Shown: positions 1-12,294 of the stretch, one piece after another
Position numbering within the stretch: position 1 is the first letter of the stretch
Layout of the letters: the number at the start of each line of letters is the position of its first letter
Assembly (NCBI GenBank): GCA_013239625.1
Contig: MU053482.1
Span: 3,867,922-3,931,921, forward strand
Origin: Lama guanicoe
Taxonomy: Eukaryota
Direction of reading: 5' to 3'
DNA length: 64,000 bases
Translations under genes and position numbers: made by a program
The notes under the pieces: model-generated
What the model saw: the letters and a program-made list of their open reading frames with translations, nothing else
What the model was told of the DNA's origin: nothing
Databases searched by the model: none

Positions 1-734
1 ATGTATGAGTCACTGTGGGAGCCGTGGTTTTTCGAGTCAGCACTGTTCCGTGTCTGAGGCTCCTTAAGTCAAAAAGCCAATCCATTTCCATCACCCAGGC
101 TTTCTGAGCAACTGGGATGTGCCTGGCCCTGTGCCAGATGCTGGGCCCAGCCTACAGAGGGACACAGCAATGTATGTGGCCTTAATCCCTGCCCCCCAGA
201 CAAAAGCCGCAGCTAGACCCTGACCTCGGAGGAGGATCAGGGATTCAGGAGCTGTTGGGTGGTGTGAGATACTCCAGGTGGGCTCGGTCCTTCCTGTGAT
301 GACAGGGAGGTAGCATGGGACCGAGGGAAGCCTACTGGATTTGAAGATGGAAGGTCTGAGTTTCATTCATTCAGCAAAACTTGTCTCACAGCAACCTCTC
401 ACAAAATAGGGTGTGCTCTGCAAGATAGTGAAGGGGATGGTTCCTCACAAGACTGCCTATCTTGGCCATGTTCCTGGGAGGACACCAGGGTGTTGTGCAG
501 AGATAGGGGTCAGACCCTGGGGAAGCCTTGCCTATATGGCCCACGTGGAAATGTGCAAGGTCATCGTGCAGCCATGGCAGAGCTGCTCCTCTACAAAATG
601 CTTTTGAAAACTTTGGTGAAATAGTTAATTAGAAAAATGCATGATGCCAAAAGTGACTCAGCAAGAATCGGGATACGTGATGCGGCCTGTAACTGTGAAA
701 CGAACTAGAATAATAATTAATAATCTAATTCAAA

Positions 735-2357
735 TCTACTGGGCGTAGATGTTTTTACAGGAGAGTTCTAGGAAGTCTTCAAAAATCATATAATCCCTCT
801 GAAACTAATTCAGATAATACACAAAGAGAGAAAGTTACCATTGTGAGCTAGTTAACAAAAAACAGAGAAGGAGAAAACAAGAAACAGATTATGGAGTAAC
901 CTCTCTTATTCACACAGATGCACAAATCCTGGGTAAACCAGTTGTGTTAAGAAAGATACTACACCCAGGTCGGGTTTATCTCTGGAATATAAATGTTCAA
1001 TATGAGAGAATTTTTTGGTGTAATTCACCTCATTGACAAATTAAAAGAAAATTCATATGATTTTCTTAATGCAGAAAAGTATCCTATGAATGTATTTATA
1101 AATCATTTATGATTATATATAATAGAGTACCTATTATTTATAATATAAATTACCAATTTATTGTTGCCATTATTAAAATTATTAGAAAATTAGAAATGGA
1201 AGAAAATCATCATGATCTGATACAGAGTATCAAAGCCCCAAAGGGCGCAAGCGGAAGCAGACCAAAGGTAATTTTGGAGAAGAAGCAGGTTTGGTGGGGG
1301 AGCTATAGATTACGTGACTAGATATCCAGACTTTTTATAAAAAACCATGTGTTATTGGGAGAGGGATAGAAAAGCAGACCAACAGGAGAGCCCAGAAGCA
1401 GCCCCGCGTACACGGCCGATGTGGCATAATAAACTGGTGAGGATAGGAGAGACCACCAATAAATCAATTAGTTATTTACATAGGAAAATAAAGTTACATC
1501 CCCACCTTTCACCAAATGCAAAAATATATTCCAGATAGGCTAAAGAGATAAATGGAAAAGCAAAACTATGATACTTTTGGAAGAAAATACAAGAGAATAT
1601 CTTTGAGGTTTTTTGGTTAGGTAGCAATATCTTCTATAAATTAGAAAAAGCAAAACCAGAAAAAGATTGCCGAGGTTGACCACCTTAAAACTGAAAGCCA
1701 TACCATAAGTCAAATGCAATGACAAGACCTAGATTGGGAGATTTTCTTCAGTCCAAGTTGAATTAACATTCAGTATATCATCACAGACATAGAAAACAAA
1801 CTCATGGTTACCAGAGGGCAAAGGGGGTGGAGAGGGATAAATTGCGAGTTGGAGATTGTAGATACTAACCACTATATATAAAATAGACAAACAACAAGGT
1901 CACACTGTATAACACAGGGAACTATATTCAGTATCTCGTAATAACCTATAATGAAAAAGAATACGAAGAGGAATATACATGTATAACTGAATCCCTATGC
2001 TGTACACCAGAATTAACACAACATTGTTAATCAGCTATACTTCAATAAAAAATAAAATAAAGGTAAAATTGAAAAATTCAGTATATCAAAAAGACTCATT
2101 TAAATTGGTAAGAAAAAGAAAAAGCCAGAAAATCGGGAAAAGAATACAAGCAAGCAACTTATAGATGAAGAAACTTATAGACCAATAAACACGTAGCAAG
2201 ATGCTCTGGGCCGTCCTCATTGGCAAACATTGTAAAGCAAATCACATCAAGTTTTGGAGAGAAAGGGGGGCAGTAGGACCCTGTACACAAATCCGTGAGG
2301 GTGCAAATTAATGCAGCCACTTGAGGGAACAGTTTACAGATTGTAAAATTGAAGCTG
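735..2357 (+). mobile_element. Ancient L1 (L1M-type) ORF2 fragments, interrupted by a younger L1 3' end
   Basis: Degenerate ORF2-like DNA (gtagatgtttttacaggagagttc ~ DGFTGEF; caggtcgggtttatc ~ QVGFI; aatgcagaaaag ~ DAEK). A-rich, with many stops and indels. Confidence 0.75.
1781..2075 (+). mobile_element. 5'-truncated cetartiodactyl-type L1 3' UTR
   Basis: Typical 3' UTR motifs (cacagggaactatattca, ataacctataatgaaaaagaa), AATAAA plus A-rich tail. Perfect 13-bp TSD attcagtatatca at 1768-1780 and 2076-2088. Confidence 0.92.
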
Positions 2358-2362
2358 CATGT

Positions 2363-2835
2363 TGTATCAGCCAGTGTCCTGGCTGGAAAGAGGTAGCACA
2401 CTCCAACTCGATAATTTGAGGAGAGTTTAATGATGGGGCTATTTAGAAACTTAAGGACATGGTGCGGGAAAAGGACAAGGAATAGTGTAGTGCCCAGGAA
2501 CTAGTCTTAGTGGGAACTTACCATCCCCAGGCCTGAAAGGGAGTGGTTATTGGAATCTGGAGACAGAGATGGCTTTGAGGAGAAGGCAGCCTGTGACCTC
2601 TAGCCAGACGGCTGCAATCCCACAGGGGAGGGACCTGGGGGAACAAATACCTTGACCTCACTTTCCACCCCTCTCCAATTTCTCATTAGTCTTCTTCACT
2701 GGCCAAATGCAACAGGAGGCAGAAGGCAAGGGGGCCTGCTGATTAGTCCACGTAATTCAGCTTCCTGGGATCCACAGCAGGAATGAGAAGGGTGGAGGGT
2801 GGTATCTGGAAGGGTGAACAGAAGATAATTAATCA
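2363..2835 (-). mobile_element. ERVL-type solo LTR (LTR33-like)
   Basis: TG...CA termini, resemblance to the LTR33 consensus as recalled, near-TSD catgt/cacgt, and it splits the old L1. Confidence 0.7.
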
Positions 2836-2840
2836 CACGT

Positions 2841-3625
2841 TTGCCCTTGGACCAGCTACTCCACTCCTAAGAACATACCCTAGACAAGTTCACACACTTG
2901 TGGGCAAGGAGGTGTGTACCAGGTTGTCTATTACAGCACTGGTAAGAATAGAGGAAAAGTGGAAATCACCACATTGTCCCTCTTTAGGTTGTTTACGTAA
3001 CTGTGCTGTATAAACGGTGGTTTATTCGTGAAATGAAATGCCATTCTGCAATTAAAGTGGATGAACTACAGATACATGTATCAATTCCATAAATCTCAAA
3101 AAGATAATGCTGAGTGGATTTGCAATTTGGAATGACACGGATAAACCTGGAGGATGTTATGCTAAATGAAATAAGCCAAGACAGAAAGACAAATGTTCCA
3201 CGAAACCACCTGTATGAGGAGTCTAAAACAGTCAAACTCACGAAAGCAGAGACTAAAGTGACGGCTGCCAGAGGCTGGCGGCTGGAGGAAGCAGGGAGGC
3301 TTTAGTCAAAGGACACACACCAGCTTTACGAGATGGATAAACCCTAGGCATCTACTGAGTAACTTTAGCCTACAGTTAACATTACTGTACACTGAAAAGT
3401 TTGTTAGGAAGGTAGGTGTTATGTTGTGTTTTTACTACGCACTAATGATTGATAACAATAATGAGGGTGGGAGGAAGCTTTGGAAAGTGATGGAGACATT
3501 TATGCGTAGATTGTGACGGCGGTTTCACGGGTATATACTTATTTCTGGACATGTCAAGCTGTGTACATGAAGAATTTACACTTTTGGTATGTCAGTAGTA
3601 TTTCAATAAAGTGGTTAAGAAAATA
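2841..3625 (+). mobile_element. Old L1 ORF2 C-terminus and 3' UTR fragments (L1MB/MC-like)
   Basis: Translated remnants (ALGPATPLLRTYP; INLEDVMLNEISQ) resemble the end of L1 ORF2. Ends at ttcaataaagtggttaagaaaa. Confidence 0.75.
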
Positions 3626-3629
3626 GTAA

Positions 3630-4000
3630 GAGTCATTTATTTTGCTTCGAAATCTGGGAGCAGACAGGGTTCCACGGGACGGTCCCTTCCCAATTTCTCT
3701 CATGGTGGCAGCAGGGAGCTGGGGTCACCCTGGAGCTTCCTCTCAGTCTGAAGTCGGGGCTGGGAGCACCGCAGCAGCTGGATCTGAAACAATAGGGGTT
3801 TTTCAAGCATCTCTCTTTGTCTGTGCTCTGTGCGCTTGGTGGCCTCAGGGTAGTTAAGCTTCTTACTGGCGAAAGGCTCCAAAGCTTCCCATGAGAAACT
3901 GGCAAAGCTGCATGACCTTTTCTCACATGGCCTCTGAGGCCATGGAGGGTCACTCCTGCCACATTTGACTCAGTTCCCCCAGGCAGTCACAAAGGCTATG
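3630..4000 (-). mobile_element. Old MaLR (MLT1-type) LTR fragment
   Basis: Motifs such as ggcctcagggtagttaagcttcttac and aagctgcatgaccttttct...gtcactcctgccacatt resemble antisense MLT1 LTRs. Confidence 0.55.
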
Positions 4001-4059
4001 AAAATGACCATAGTCAATGTACCGAAAGCTCTTCAAGCCTATGTTTGGCATAGAGTAAG

Positions 4060-4061
<2 letters not shown>

Positions 4062-4097
<36 letters not shown>
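4062..4097. repeat. (GT)n microsatellite
   Basis: Perfect GT run seen directly. Confidence 0.98.
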
Positions 4098-4100
<3 letters not shown>

Positions 4101-4334
4101 AAAGAATACACAGGGATTCCTGAATTTCTAGCTAGGAATTTCAGTGCTTACCCATAGACACATGGCCCTCTAACTAGTCTGTGTGCAGGAACATTCCCAA
4201 ATCTGCAGCCTCCATCCACTGTTGCTGTGCATGTCTTTCTCCTCACTGCCCTTTCCTTCTTCACTTCCACACAGATGTGCCAATGATGCCACAAACCCTC
4301 AAAGATTTGGACCTCGAGCCTTCCTTTGAACTCA

Positions 4335-4830
4335 TTCTTTCAGTCATTCAGCAGTCATTGCTGGGGCGCCTACCACAGGCAAGTCCCTGTTAGATATGCT
4401 GGAGGCAGGGTGAAGACAAAATCTGTGTCTTCTGCCAGCATCTGAGCACGTGGAGGACAGCATGTTAGCTTGCTGGTAGGGAAAATCTCAGCCCCTTCAC
4501 AGTTCTTGACACCATGCAGTGGGATGGGTATTGTTCTATAAAGAACCACAGGGTGAACGTATGCGTGTGCGTGTGTGTGTGCGCGTGTGTGGTGGAGCTC
4601 AGAGGAAGGACAGTGGGCTTGGCAGGAGGATGTGCATATAAGTTTAGCGAGGAGGCCAGCTGAGAAGCCACCATAGGAGAAATGACATTTGAACTAGGTC
4701 TCGAAAAGTGAGTAGGAACTTTCCAGGTAGACTCTGTAGGGAAGGGCATTTTTGGCAGAGGAGTAGAATGTGCAAAGGCCCAGAAGAATGTTTGGGGAAC
4801 ATGGGCAGTTGGATAGGAGCAGATAAAGAG
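4335..4830 (-). mobile_element. L2 3' region remnant
   Basis: tcattcagcagtcattg...gcctac and gaaatgacatttgaactaggtctcgaa...gtgcaaaggccc are typical antisense L2 motifs. Confidence 0.55.
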
Positions 4831-4904
4831 GCAGCTCCAGAATTCTGCCTAGAATTCCCAAGCTGCCCCGACTCAGGTGGCCTTTGGCAACTTCACAGGG
4901 TGCC

Positions 4905-5130
4905 ACAAAGCTTTGAAGTCAGGTAGAACTGAGTTTGATTCTCGGCCCTTGGGTCCTCTGTGACATAAAATAGACCCATTTAATCTCTCTGAGCTATAAT
5001 TTCCTCTGCTGTAAAATGGGATAATAATATCTTCTTCACAGAAGTAGATAGGGATGAAATGAAATGATGCATGAGAATGCACTTGGCATTGTGCCTGGCT
5101 TGTTGTGGGGACACGAACATAGTAATTATT
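4905..5130 (+). mobile_element. MIR SINE
   Basis: Core aatctctctgagc...tttcctc...ctgtaaaatgggataataat. Confidence 0.8.
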
Positions 5131-5319
5131 ACTCTTCTTATGGAGCTGCTCCAAGGGGGAGGTCCACACCTGAATACAGGGGGATAATACGTACCTCCTG
5201 GGGAGTTATATGTGCAATTCCATTTCCCCCTTTCTGCCTAATACCCTTTCCTTGACACTGAAGTGGCTTATGTCCCAGGGAATATTGGGAGGAAATTAGT
5301 GTAAAGACAAACCAGGGTC

Positions 5320-5490
5320 CCACTTATCACCTGTATCATTCTGGCCAATGGCATCCCTCCTCTGAACCTCCATTTTATTATCTGTAAAGTGGGAGGTATT
5401 AAGACCTAACTCATAGGGTTGGTATGAGGGTTAAAAGGGAATAATACACCTAAAGCGCCTGCCATAGTTTTTAGGAGCTCAGACAATGCT
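5320..5490 (+). mobile_element. MIR SINE
   Basis: Core ctctgaacctccattttattatctgtaaagtggg...ctcatagggttg. Confidence 0.75.
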
Positions 5491-5937
5491 TCTGTAATGT
5501 GAAATTGCTTTTTATAGCATAAAGCACTGTACAGTGGAAGAGATTATTTTACCAAGCCCAAAATTCATGGATCCAAAGGTTAATGGCTGTTTCAAGGCAA
5601 GGTTTCATTTTTCTGCTGACTCTTTGTTGTTGGGGATAGAGTCATGGAAGAACTATGCCTTCATTTCCTCCACGATCTGGGGACACACTTCGTTCCTAAC
5701 ACCCTGCAGCGATCGGGCAAGCCACAAAGCAGCCCATCCGATGTCCAAACAGAATGCCTTGACGTCCCAGGCGAAAGAATGTGTTTGTAATTGTGTGAAA
5801 TGTGATGGAACAAGAAACACAGACAGCATGGTAAACAAGTTAAATTGACTGTGAAACCTGCATAATGATTCTAAGACAGCTTCAATTCTGAGATTTTGAA
5901 AATTTTCTGTAGAAACCAAAAATTAGGAAAATTGTGA

Positions 5938-5951
5938 GCGCCACCTAGTGG
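5938..5951 (-). promoter_or_regulatory. Candidate CTCF binding site
   Basis: The reverse complement CCACTAGGTGGCGC matches the CTCF core consensus CCASYAGRKGGCRS at 14/14, in apparently unique sequence. Confidence 0.6.
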
Positions 5952-6034
5952 AGAGATCTGTATTAAAATATATTGGAAAACTGCCTTTCCCTACGCAGAG
6001 CCTCTAAAAAGTCAGACGGCATCCGTTCCTCTGT

Positions 6035-6330
6035 TTATCCATCCATCCACCCACTTTCCCATACTCTATCCATTAATCCATCTAATAATCCATTCAGTTA
6101 TTTTTACATTTGTTTGAATGCTTTCTATGCGTTGGTCCAGGGATGCCAGGACCCTGCTTGGAAGGAGCCTACAGAGGGTGATGGCAGATATGGGCAAACC
6201 AACGGTTCTGGGGAGCCTTGATGGAGGGCACTTAATCCAGTTCTTGTTGTTGTTGAGGTGCAGGAGACAAGCAGGGCAGGCTTCCTGATGGAGGTGGCAC
6301 CTAAACTGAGATCTGAAGGATGAGGTTCTA
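6035..6330 (-). mobile_element. L2 3' end remnant
   Basis: (ATCC)-like tail, catttgtttgaatgctttctatg, ggcttcctgatggaggtggcacctaaactgagatctgaaggatg. Confidence 0.6.
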
Positions 6331-7915
6331 GGTAAGAAGAGGAAAGCCCTAGAGTCCTGAATGGGGCTAATTTTTCTGTGTTGTCATGTGCCCTCCAGTC
6401 CCCGCCTTAGTAGTGATGACAAGCTGGAGCGTCTCCAGCAGTCAGTGGTCAGTGTGGTGAGAAGACACTTAAAGAAACTGGGGAAGAGCTGTGTAATGAA
6501 GTGCCTGCTAAGTAGACAGATCCCATTACATAAGATGAATGCCATCTATTAATATTAGAAGGTATTAATAGTTGCCATTATGTTGAGTTTTTCATTTAAT
6601 AGAATTCATTATAGTCACATCAGCAGGGCTGTGTTAGTGTGGGCCATTGGCCAAGATGTGGGAATGGCCTCATTACATGTGGCTGGACACATAATAGTGT
6701 TCTGCATCAGGAACCTTCCTCTATTACCTGTTACAGGTTGTTAATTGGTAAACATATTACAGAAAAAAAGCTCAGCAGCAAACTGGTTAAATCAGCCAGT
6801 GCTTGGCCCACATTTGAAGAATGGATGGCCCTTTAACAATCATCCTTTGTTCCTCTGAAGGTTCCTGGAGCTTGTGCTGAGCAGAACTGACATTTGCCTT
6901 AGCAAAGCAAAAGGTAGCCTCACAGACTACTGCTATCTGCAGACAGAGCGCGTGCTCTCCAGCTCAGCCCAATCCCCGTTCCCAATCATCTCTTGACTTT
7001 AAATTGTGTATCCATTATCTTTTGCATCACTTTTGCACTATTGTTATCCTTGTGATAGAGAGGTATTTCCCTATACCCATGTCTTTAGCAAAACTAATGA
7101 AAGGTAGACCAAAAAGGGGTTGTGTGTTTCATGCAACATGGTGGAAAGCATGTTTCTTTGTGAGATTTTAAAAAAAAATTCATGTGTGTTTGATACGTAA
7201 ACCGAGTGTATCTGTGTCTTGGAGCTGGATCATCTCCTTCACTCACAGTATCTTCTTGGACCTTGTGAGTGTTTGCTTCAAGATAAGCAGGAGCAGCCCT
7301 AAGAAGTGTCCCAGAATAGGCATTACTGACTTTGATTGTCACCCCTTCCTGTTGGCACCCCCTTCCCAGGTCCCTGCACTGTCCCTGAGCAGGCTGCCCA
7401 CATTTAAAGGGCCACGGACGGGACTTCAGGGCAAAGCCTCAACATTTCAACAATTTCTTCTAATGGATCCTTGCTTCTCTTCTTCAGGTCAACTCAAGTC
7501 AGAGGCAATGTGATGTTTTACTGAGATGGCCTTGGTATTTTGTTGTCTACAGTCAATTATGTCTGAAATAATTTGTTTTCTCTGCAGTCAGCTGTTGACC
7601 TGTGAGTTCACTGGTCTGGCTCCTGCCTCCCAGGCCTCATCCCTCCAGAGCTGGGGTAAATGGAGTCTCAGCTTCAGGGTCTGTCCTCCCAGCCTCCTGC
7701 CTCCTGGCTCTGGAGCCAGTGCTGTCTTCAGTGGTACAGGTGGAGGAGGTGAGGATGAAGGCTGGGGATGCATGTGAAGGCTGTCCTGCTGCCTGGCTGG
7801 ATCTCCTACCAGAGCTGGTGCAAGGCTTCTGCACTGCACCTCTGACCAAACACTAGCCCATGAGGACATGCCTTGAGGACCTTTCAGAACTTTCTGTTCC
7901 TATTGAGAACAGTGA

Positions 7916-8975
7916 AAGTGGTCAGATGGGCAGTTTCTTCAGCCATACATTCTTCAGGGGAAAGGACTGTGAACAAGGAGGCCATAAAAAAATAAAGAAA
8001 TTAATCTGACCAATCAAAAATATTTGCCACATCCACTGGCCAATAGAGGGAAAAGTCCACTCTATTAAAGAAATTAATAATGTAGTGTTCAGAAAATAAT
8101 AGTGCTCCAAGTTTAAATGATGTACAGATCCCCTTCAAAGAAAAAATGCCTACAGATTATCTTATTATCATAATTAACTTAAATATGTACAGACATTAAC
8201 CTAGGTATAATCTCCTTAAAAACCAAAATATATACATTTAAATATAAATAACACTGCACGAACATTAACATTCAGATAAACCTTTACAAATTTATAAAGT
8301 ATAAATAAATCCACAAAGCTGATAGCATTCCTCTATTCTAAATATTGTCTATTATAAACATCATGGTACCTTTGTTTTTGCAGCATGTAGTGAGGATATT
8401 GATTTTGACACTGACCACATCATTTGTGTGGAAGTCCCTCCTGCTCATTTTTCATTAGCCTGAGACAGTGAAAGCAGGTCTATTTGACCCCCATGCTGTC
8501 ATCGACACAAACCTACTTGTTGACATAGACATTCTATGGTTTGAGCTGGTCAGCCAGTTGATCCACAAGATACTCATATTGATTATTTTAAAACATTTTC
8601 ATCAAAATAAAAATACAAAAAAAATGTCCAAGACTCATGAACCCAGAGGAAGTGTCCCAAGGCTGTTGTTTGAGAAACACGAGCATGAAAAGCCCAATGG
8701 CATGACTATCTCCCTAGTGTGGGAAATGGAGGGAAGTCTAATCAGGGACTTAGACTGCCACAGGTGTCCAAATCAGCTCCTGTCTGCGTTCATCAGTAGA
8801 TCCTCCAAGCAGGTCTGCTCTCAGATTCCCTGGGGAAGCGGAGGCAGCTCAATGACTCATTTGCGTTTTGATCCTTGACCATCATGCTGTGTCTGGCTGC
8901 GTGCGGCCAGGCCCCTCTAACAGTGAGTGCTGGGCCTCGGAATTAGGGGGTTTATGCAGTGGAATCTGGGCACTC
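7916..8975 (-). mobile_element. Probable hAT (Tip100/Zaphod-like) DNA transposon fossil
   Basis: Imperfect terminal inverted repeats (TIRs) aagtggtcagat / atctgggcactc. Minus-strand peptide CFHCLRLMKNEQ near 8450-8480 resembles the hAT dimerization motif. No TSD seen. Confidence 0.45.
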
Positions 8976-9769
8976 ATTGTCCAGAAACGTAGACTGGAAA
9001 CCCTGGTCTGAAAATTTTTCAACCATTTCTGTGTTTGAATGTGTATGTCCATCATCAGGAGAATTTTAGGTAACGGCCATGGGGAGGGCCCAAGAGACCT
9101 GCCCTCTGGAATAGTTTCTAGTTACAAAGGGTCTTTCAGAGGCAGGAAGGAATTCTGACCAAGGAAATTTCAAACAACTATCAGAAACCTGTGAGCTTGG
9201 TTGCCTTCTACAAGATGGGCAGAAAAAGAATGTGGACTGCTCTGTGACTGGCAGTGGTAACCCCCAAGCCCAGTAAAGCATTCTGAGTTGTGACTGGACA
9301 TGCTGTTTTCAGCCTCCAAACACTGACCCACCTGGGAGAAACTGAGGCAGTGTAACACCTGATCCATGCGGCCCATCCCCAAGGTCTAATTGACAGGGTT
9401 TGTTCACCTGCAGCTCACCCTCCACAGCCTTTGGCCAGCCCATCAGTAGTCACCATAACCATAGCCCAAGACGGACTTTGTCTTGCTTCCCAGAGCTGGT
9501 TTCTCATAGCTCTGCCTGCCCCAAGAGTCCAAGTACCAAACCTCAGGGGGTAATTAAGACTTCTCTCCACGTGCTGCTACCAACCTCATCTGAACTCGCC
9601 ATGCACTTATCAGCGTGACTTTTCCATCCTTATTTTCCTGAAACTCAGTAGTCGCAGTTGAGTTGCACTGGTTATATTTCTGTAAAATAATCTCAAATAT
9701 ATTTTATCGTGAATTGGGGTGTGAATGAATGAATGCTCTTGTACACACATACAGTAGGGTATGTGTGGT

Positions 9770-10009
9770 AGTCAGTTCTGGAATCAGACAGCCTGAGTTT
9801 TAACTTTGTCTTAACACTTAGGAGTCGTATGACCTTAGATAAATTTCTCGATCTTTCTAGAACTTAGTTTTCTTATCTGTAAAATAGGGATCATAATAGT
9901 ATCTATTTCATAATGCTGTCGAGAGGACTAAATGAGATAGCACAGTGTCAGCACATAATAGGCACTCGGTAAGTTGTAATTTCTTGTTGTTGTTGTTGTT
10001 GTTGTTGTT
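9770..10009 (+). mobile_element. MIR SINE ending in a (GTT)n microsatellite
   Basis: ctggaatcagacagcctgagttt...ttatctgtaaaatagggatcataatagt; GTT run at 9984-10009. Confidence 0.85.
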
Positions 10010-11477
10010 AATTGAGTACTAAAATATGCCTTTGGGCTAGGCACAAAGAATCCCAAATTCCCCATCCTCAAGTAGTTCATAACAGATCTGAGGTCTTCTC
10101 AGGAGCCACTCCCAGTGGGGTTAACAGTTAGACTAATCCAGTGATTTGGGGGCCAGAGCAAACAGAATTCTCCCCTGTCACCCAACCCTGATTAGGGTGG
10201 GATGCACACAGGGTCGATGATCTAGAATCAGCCTGCTTACTGAGGCTGAGAGTGTCCCGGTGGGGAGATGGAGGAATGGCAAGTTCAGTCTCAGCTGGGA
10301 CCTCATTTAATTTGGAAGGTGTCAGGACAGCAGCAGGTGAAGCCCCTTCACCCTTGTGGAAAGACGGCTCTGAAGGCACAGCCAGAGAGCTGTGTCCCAT
10401 CAGTGGCTGCCACACAGTGAAGTTAGAGGGAACCTCAGGCCATCTTTCCTTCCTGATGGCTGGAAACAAACGTCTCAAGCAGAATTTATAAAGATATCAC
10501 TTTATTCTTTATCTTCTCATTTCTGAGTCAGTGCACATAACTTGTTTTCTGGAGCTTCGGGGAATCCCAGATTGTCATGTTAGCCAGGAAGTAAGGTGCC
10601 TTCTTTCTGGGATGGCTGTCCACATGCATTCAAATCCAGATAAAAGTATGTCGGAATTTGTTCAAAATCTATCAATTGGGCCATTTTCTCAATGACAAAC
10701 AGATGGCTCCTTTGAGTTATTCAGGGGGAGAACGTTTTTCCTTTTGTTCATCCCAGTTTTTATGGTTTAAAAGAATTAGTGTTTAATCCCAATTCCAAAA
10801 TTGTTAATTAGTTTGTATTTGCTTCACTAAATCTGTTAAATAGATTTTTATCACTTCAGCTATATCTCTCTGGAAGCATCTGGTGTCAAGTTTGCAGAAA
10901 TAATGTCGGTTTTATTGCCAAAACTCAGAGGTTAAACCTTCAGGACTACAGATATGACAGCATTAAAGGGAAATTCATCACCCCAAAGGTTTTCATTCCC
11001 ATATATTTTAGAATGAGCCCAAGCATGAACTGATGTTCTTTTCCTCCTTTCATTCTCCAGGAACACCGTGGCTCAGGGCCTTTTTGATTTACATGTGTGG
11101 CTATTGCTGATGAGAGTGTCTGGGGGAGACCTCAGCCCACCCCAGCCACAGCCCTGGAAAATTAGCAGAGAGTCTTCCTGCTCAACCTCTTTCCTTTTGC
11201 TTTCAGGGGCTTCCATCCCAGGCTACTGCTGTATGAGACCAAGGCAGCTCCCCAGTTCAGTGCGTAAAGGTTGTGTTGCAAGAGCTGGGCAGACACAAGC
11301 TCTGTAACTTCACCTACAGGGAAGGGGTGCACCAGAGCCCAGCAGTCAAAGTAAGGCGGCCTCTATTGCAAAGGGGCAGTTTTGAACCTGAATCAGCAAA
11401 CTTGGGGAAACAATTGAGCGAAAGATAGCAAATCATCCTTAAGACTGGGGGTATTTTTGGCGGCGGGGGGTAGGCGG

Positions 11478-11815
11478 AGGTGAGGGAAGGGAGAATTGGA
11501 TGAAGGTAGTCAAAAGGTACAAACCTGCAGTTATAAGATAAATGGGTACTGGGGATACGATGTACACATGATAAATATAATTAACATTGCTGTACGTTAT
11601 ATGTGAAAGTCATTGAGAGTAAATCCTAAGAGTTCCCATCACTAGGAAAACATTTATGTTTTCTATTTCTTTAATGTTGTTATCTATATGAGATGATAGA
11701 TATTTACTGAACTTATTGTGGAAATCATTTCATAATGTAAGTCAAGTCATTATGTTGTACACCTTACACTTACACAGTGCTGTATGTCAATTATATCTCG
11801 ATAAATCTGGAAGAA
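11478..11815 (+). mobile_element. L1 3' UTR (L1MA/MB-like)
   Basis: ggtagtcaaaaggtacaaac...gttataagataaat...tgtacaccttacacttacac...tcaattatatctc. Confidence 0.85.
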
Positions 11816-11872
11816 GACTGGGGGTATTTGAGTAATAGGGAAAGGCTACTGGATAGTGGTGATATAGGTATC

Positions 11873-12294
11873 TGTGGCAGGCTGAGTAATGGCCCTCAAA
11901 GCTATCTACAGCCCAATCCTTAGAACCTGTGAATGTTACCTTACATGGCAAAAGGGTCCTTGCCTTGGTTAAGGCTCTTGTGATGGAGAGGTATCCTGGA
12001 TTCTTTGGGTGGGCCTTAAAGGTAGTCACAAGTGGCTTTATAGAAGAGAGGAGGAGGGAGATTAGACAGAAGAGAAGATGAGGTGGTGATGGAAACAGAG
12101 ACTGGAGTGATGCCCTTCGAACACTGAAGGCAGGACCACAAGCCAAGGAAACAGCACTGCCAGGACCTTGACTTCTGTCCAGTGAAACTGATTTTGAATT
12201 TTTGACTACCAGAACTGTAAAATAATAAATTTGTGTTGTTTTAAGCCACCACCTTTGTGGTGATTTAGTGTAGCAGCCATAGGAAACGAATGCA
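11873..12294 (+). mobile_element. MaLR solo LTR (MLT1C/D-like)
   Basis: tgtggcaggctg...gaacctgtgaatgttaccttacatggcaaaagg...aataaatttgtgttgttttaagccac...ggaaacgaatgca. Confidence 0.9.

Noticed and set aside
413..470. Peptide KIVKGMVPHKTAYLG resembling ribosomal protein L13a (RTVRGMLPHKT)
   Set aside because: The similarity covers only ~11 residues, does not extend on either side, and has no polyA or TSD. Chance is likely; TBLASTN would settle it.
8468..8878. 136-aa ORF
   Set aside because: Non-ATG start, no recognisable domain, and it lies within a probable DNA transposon fossil.
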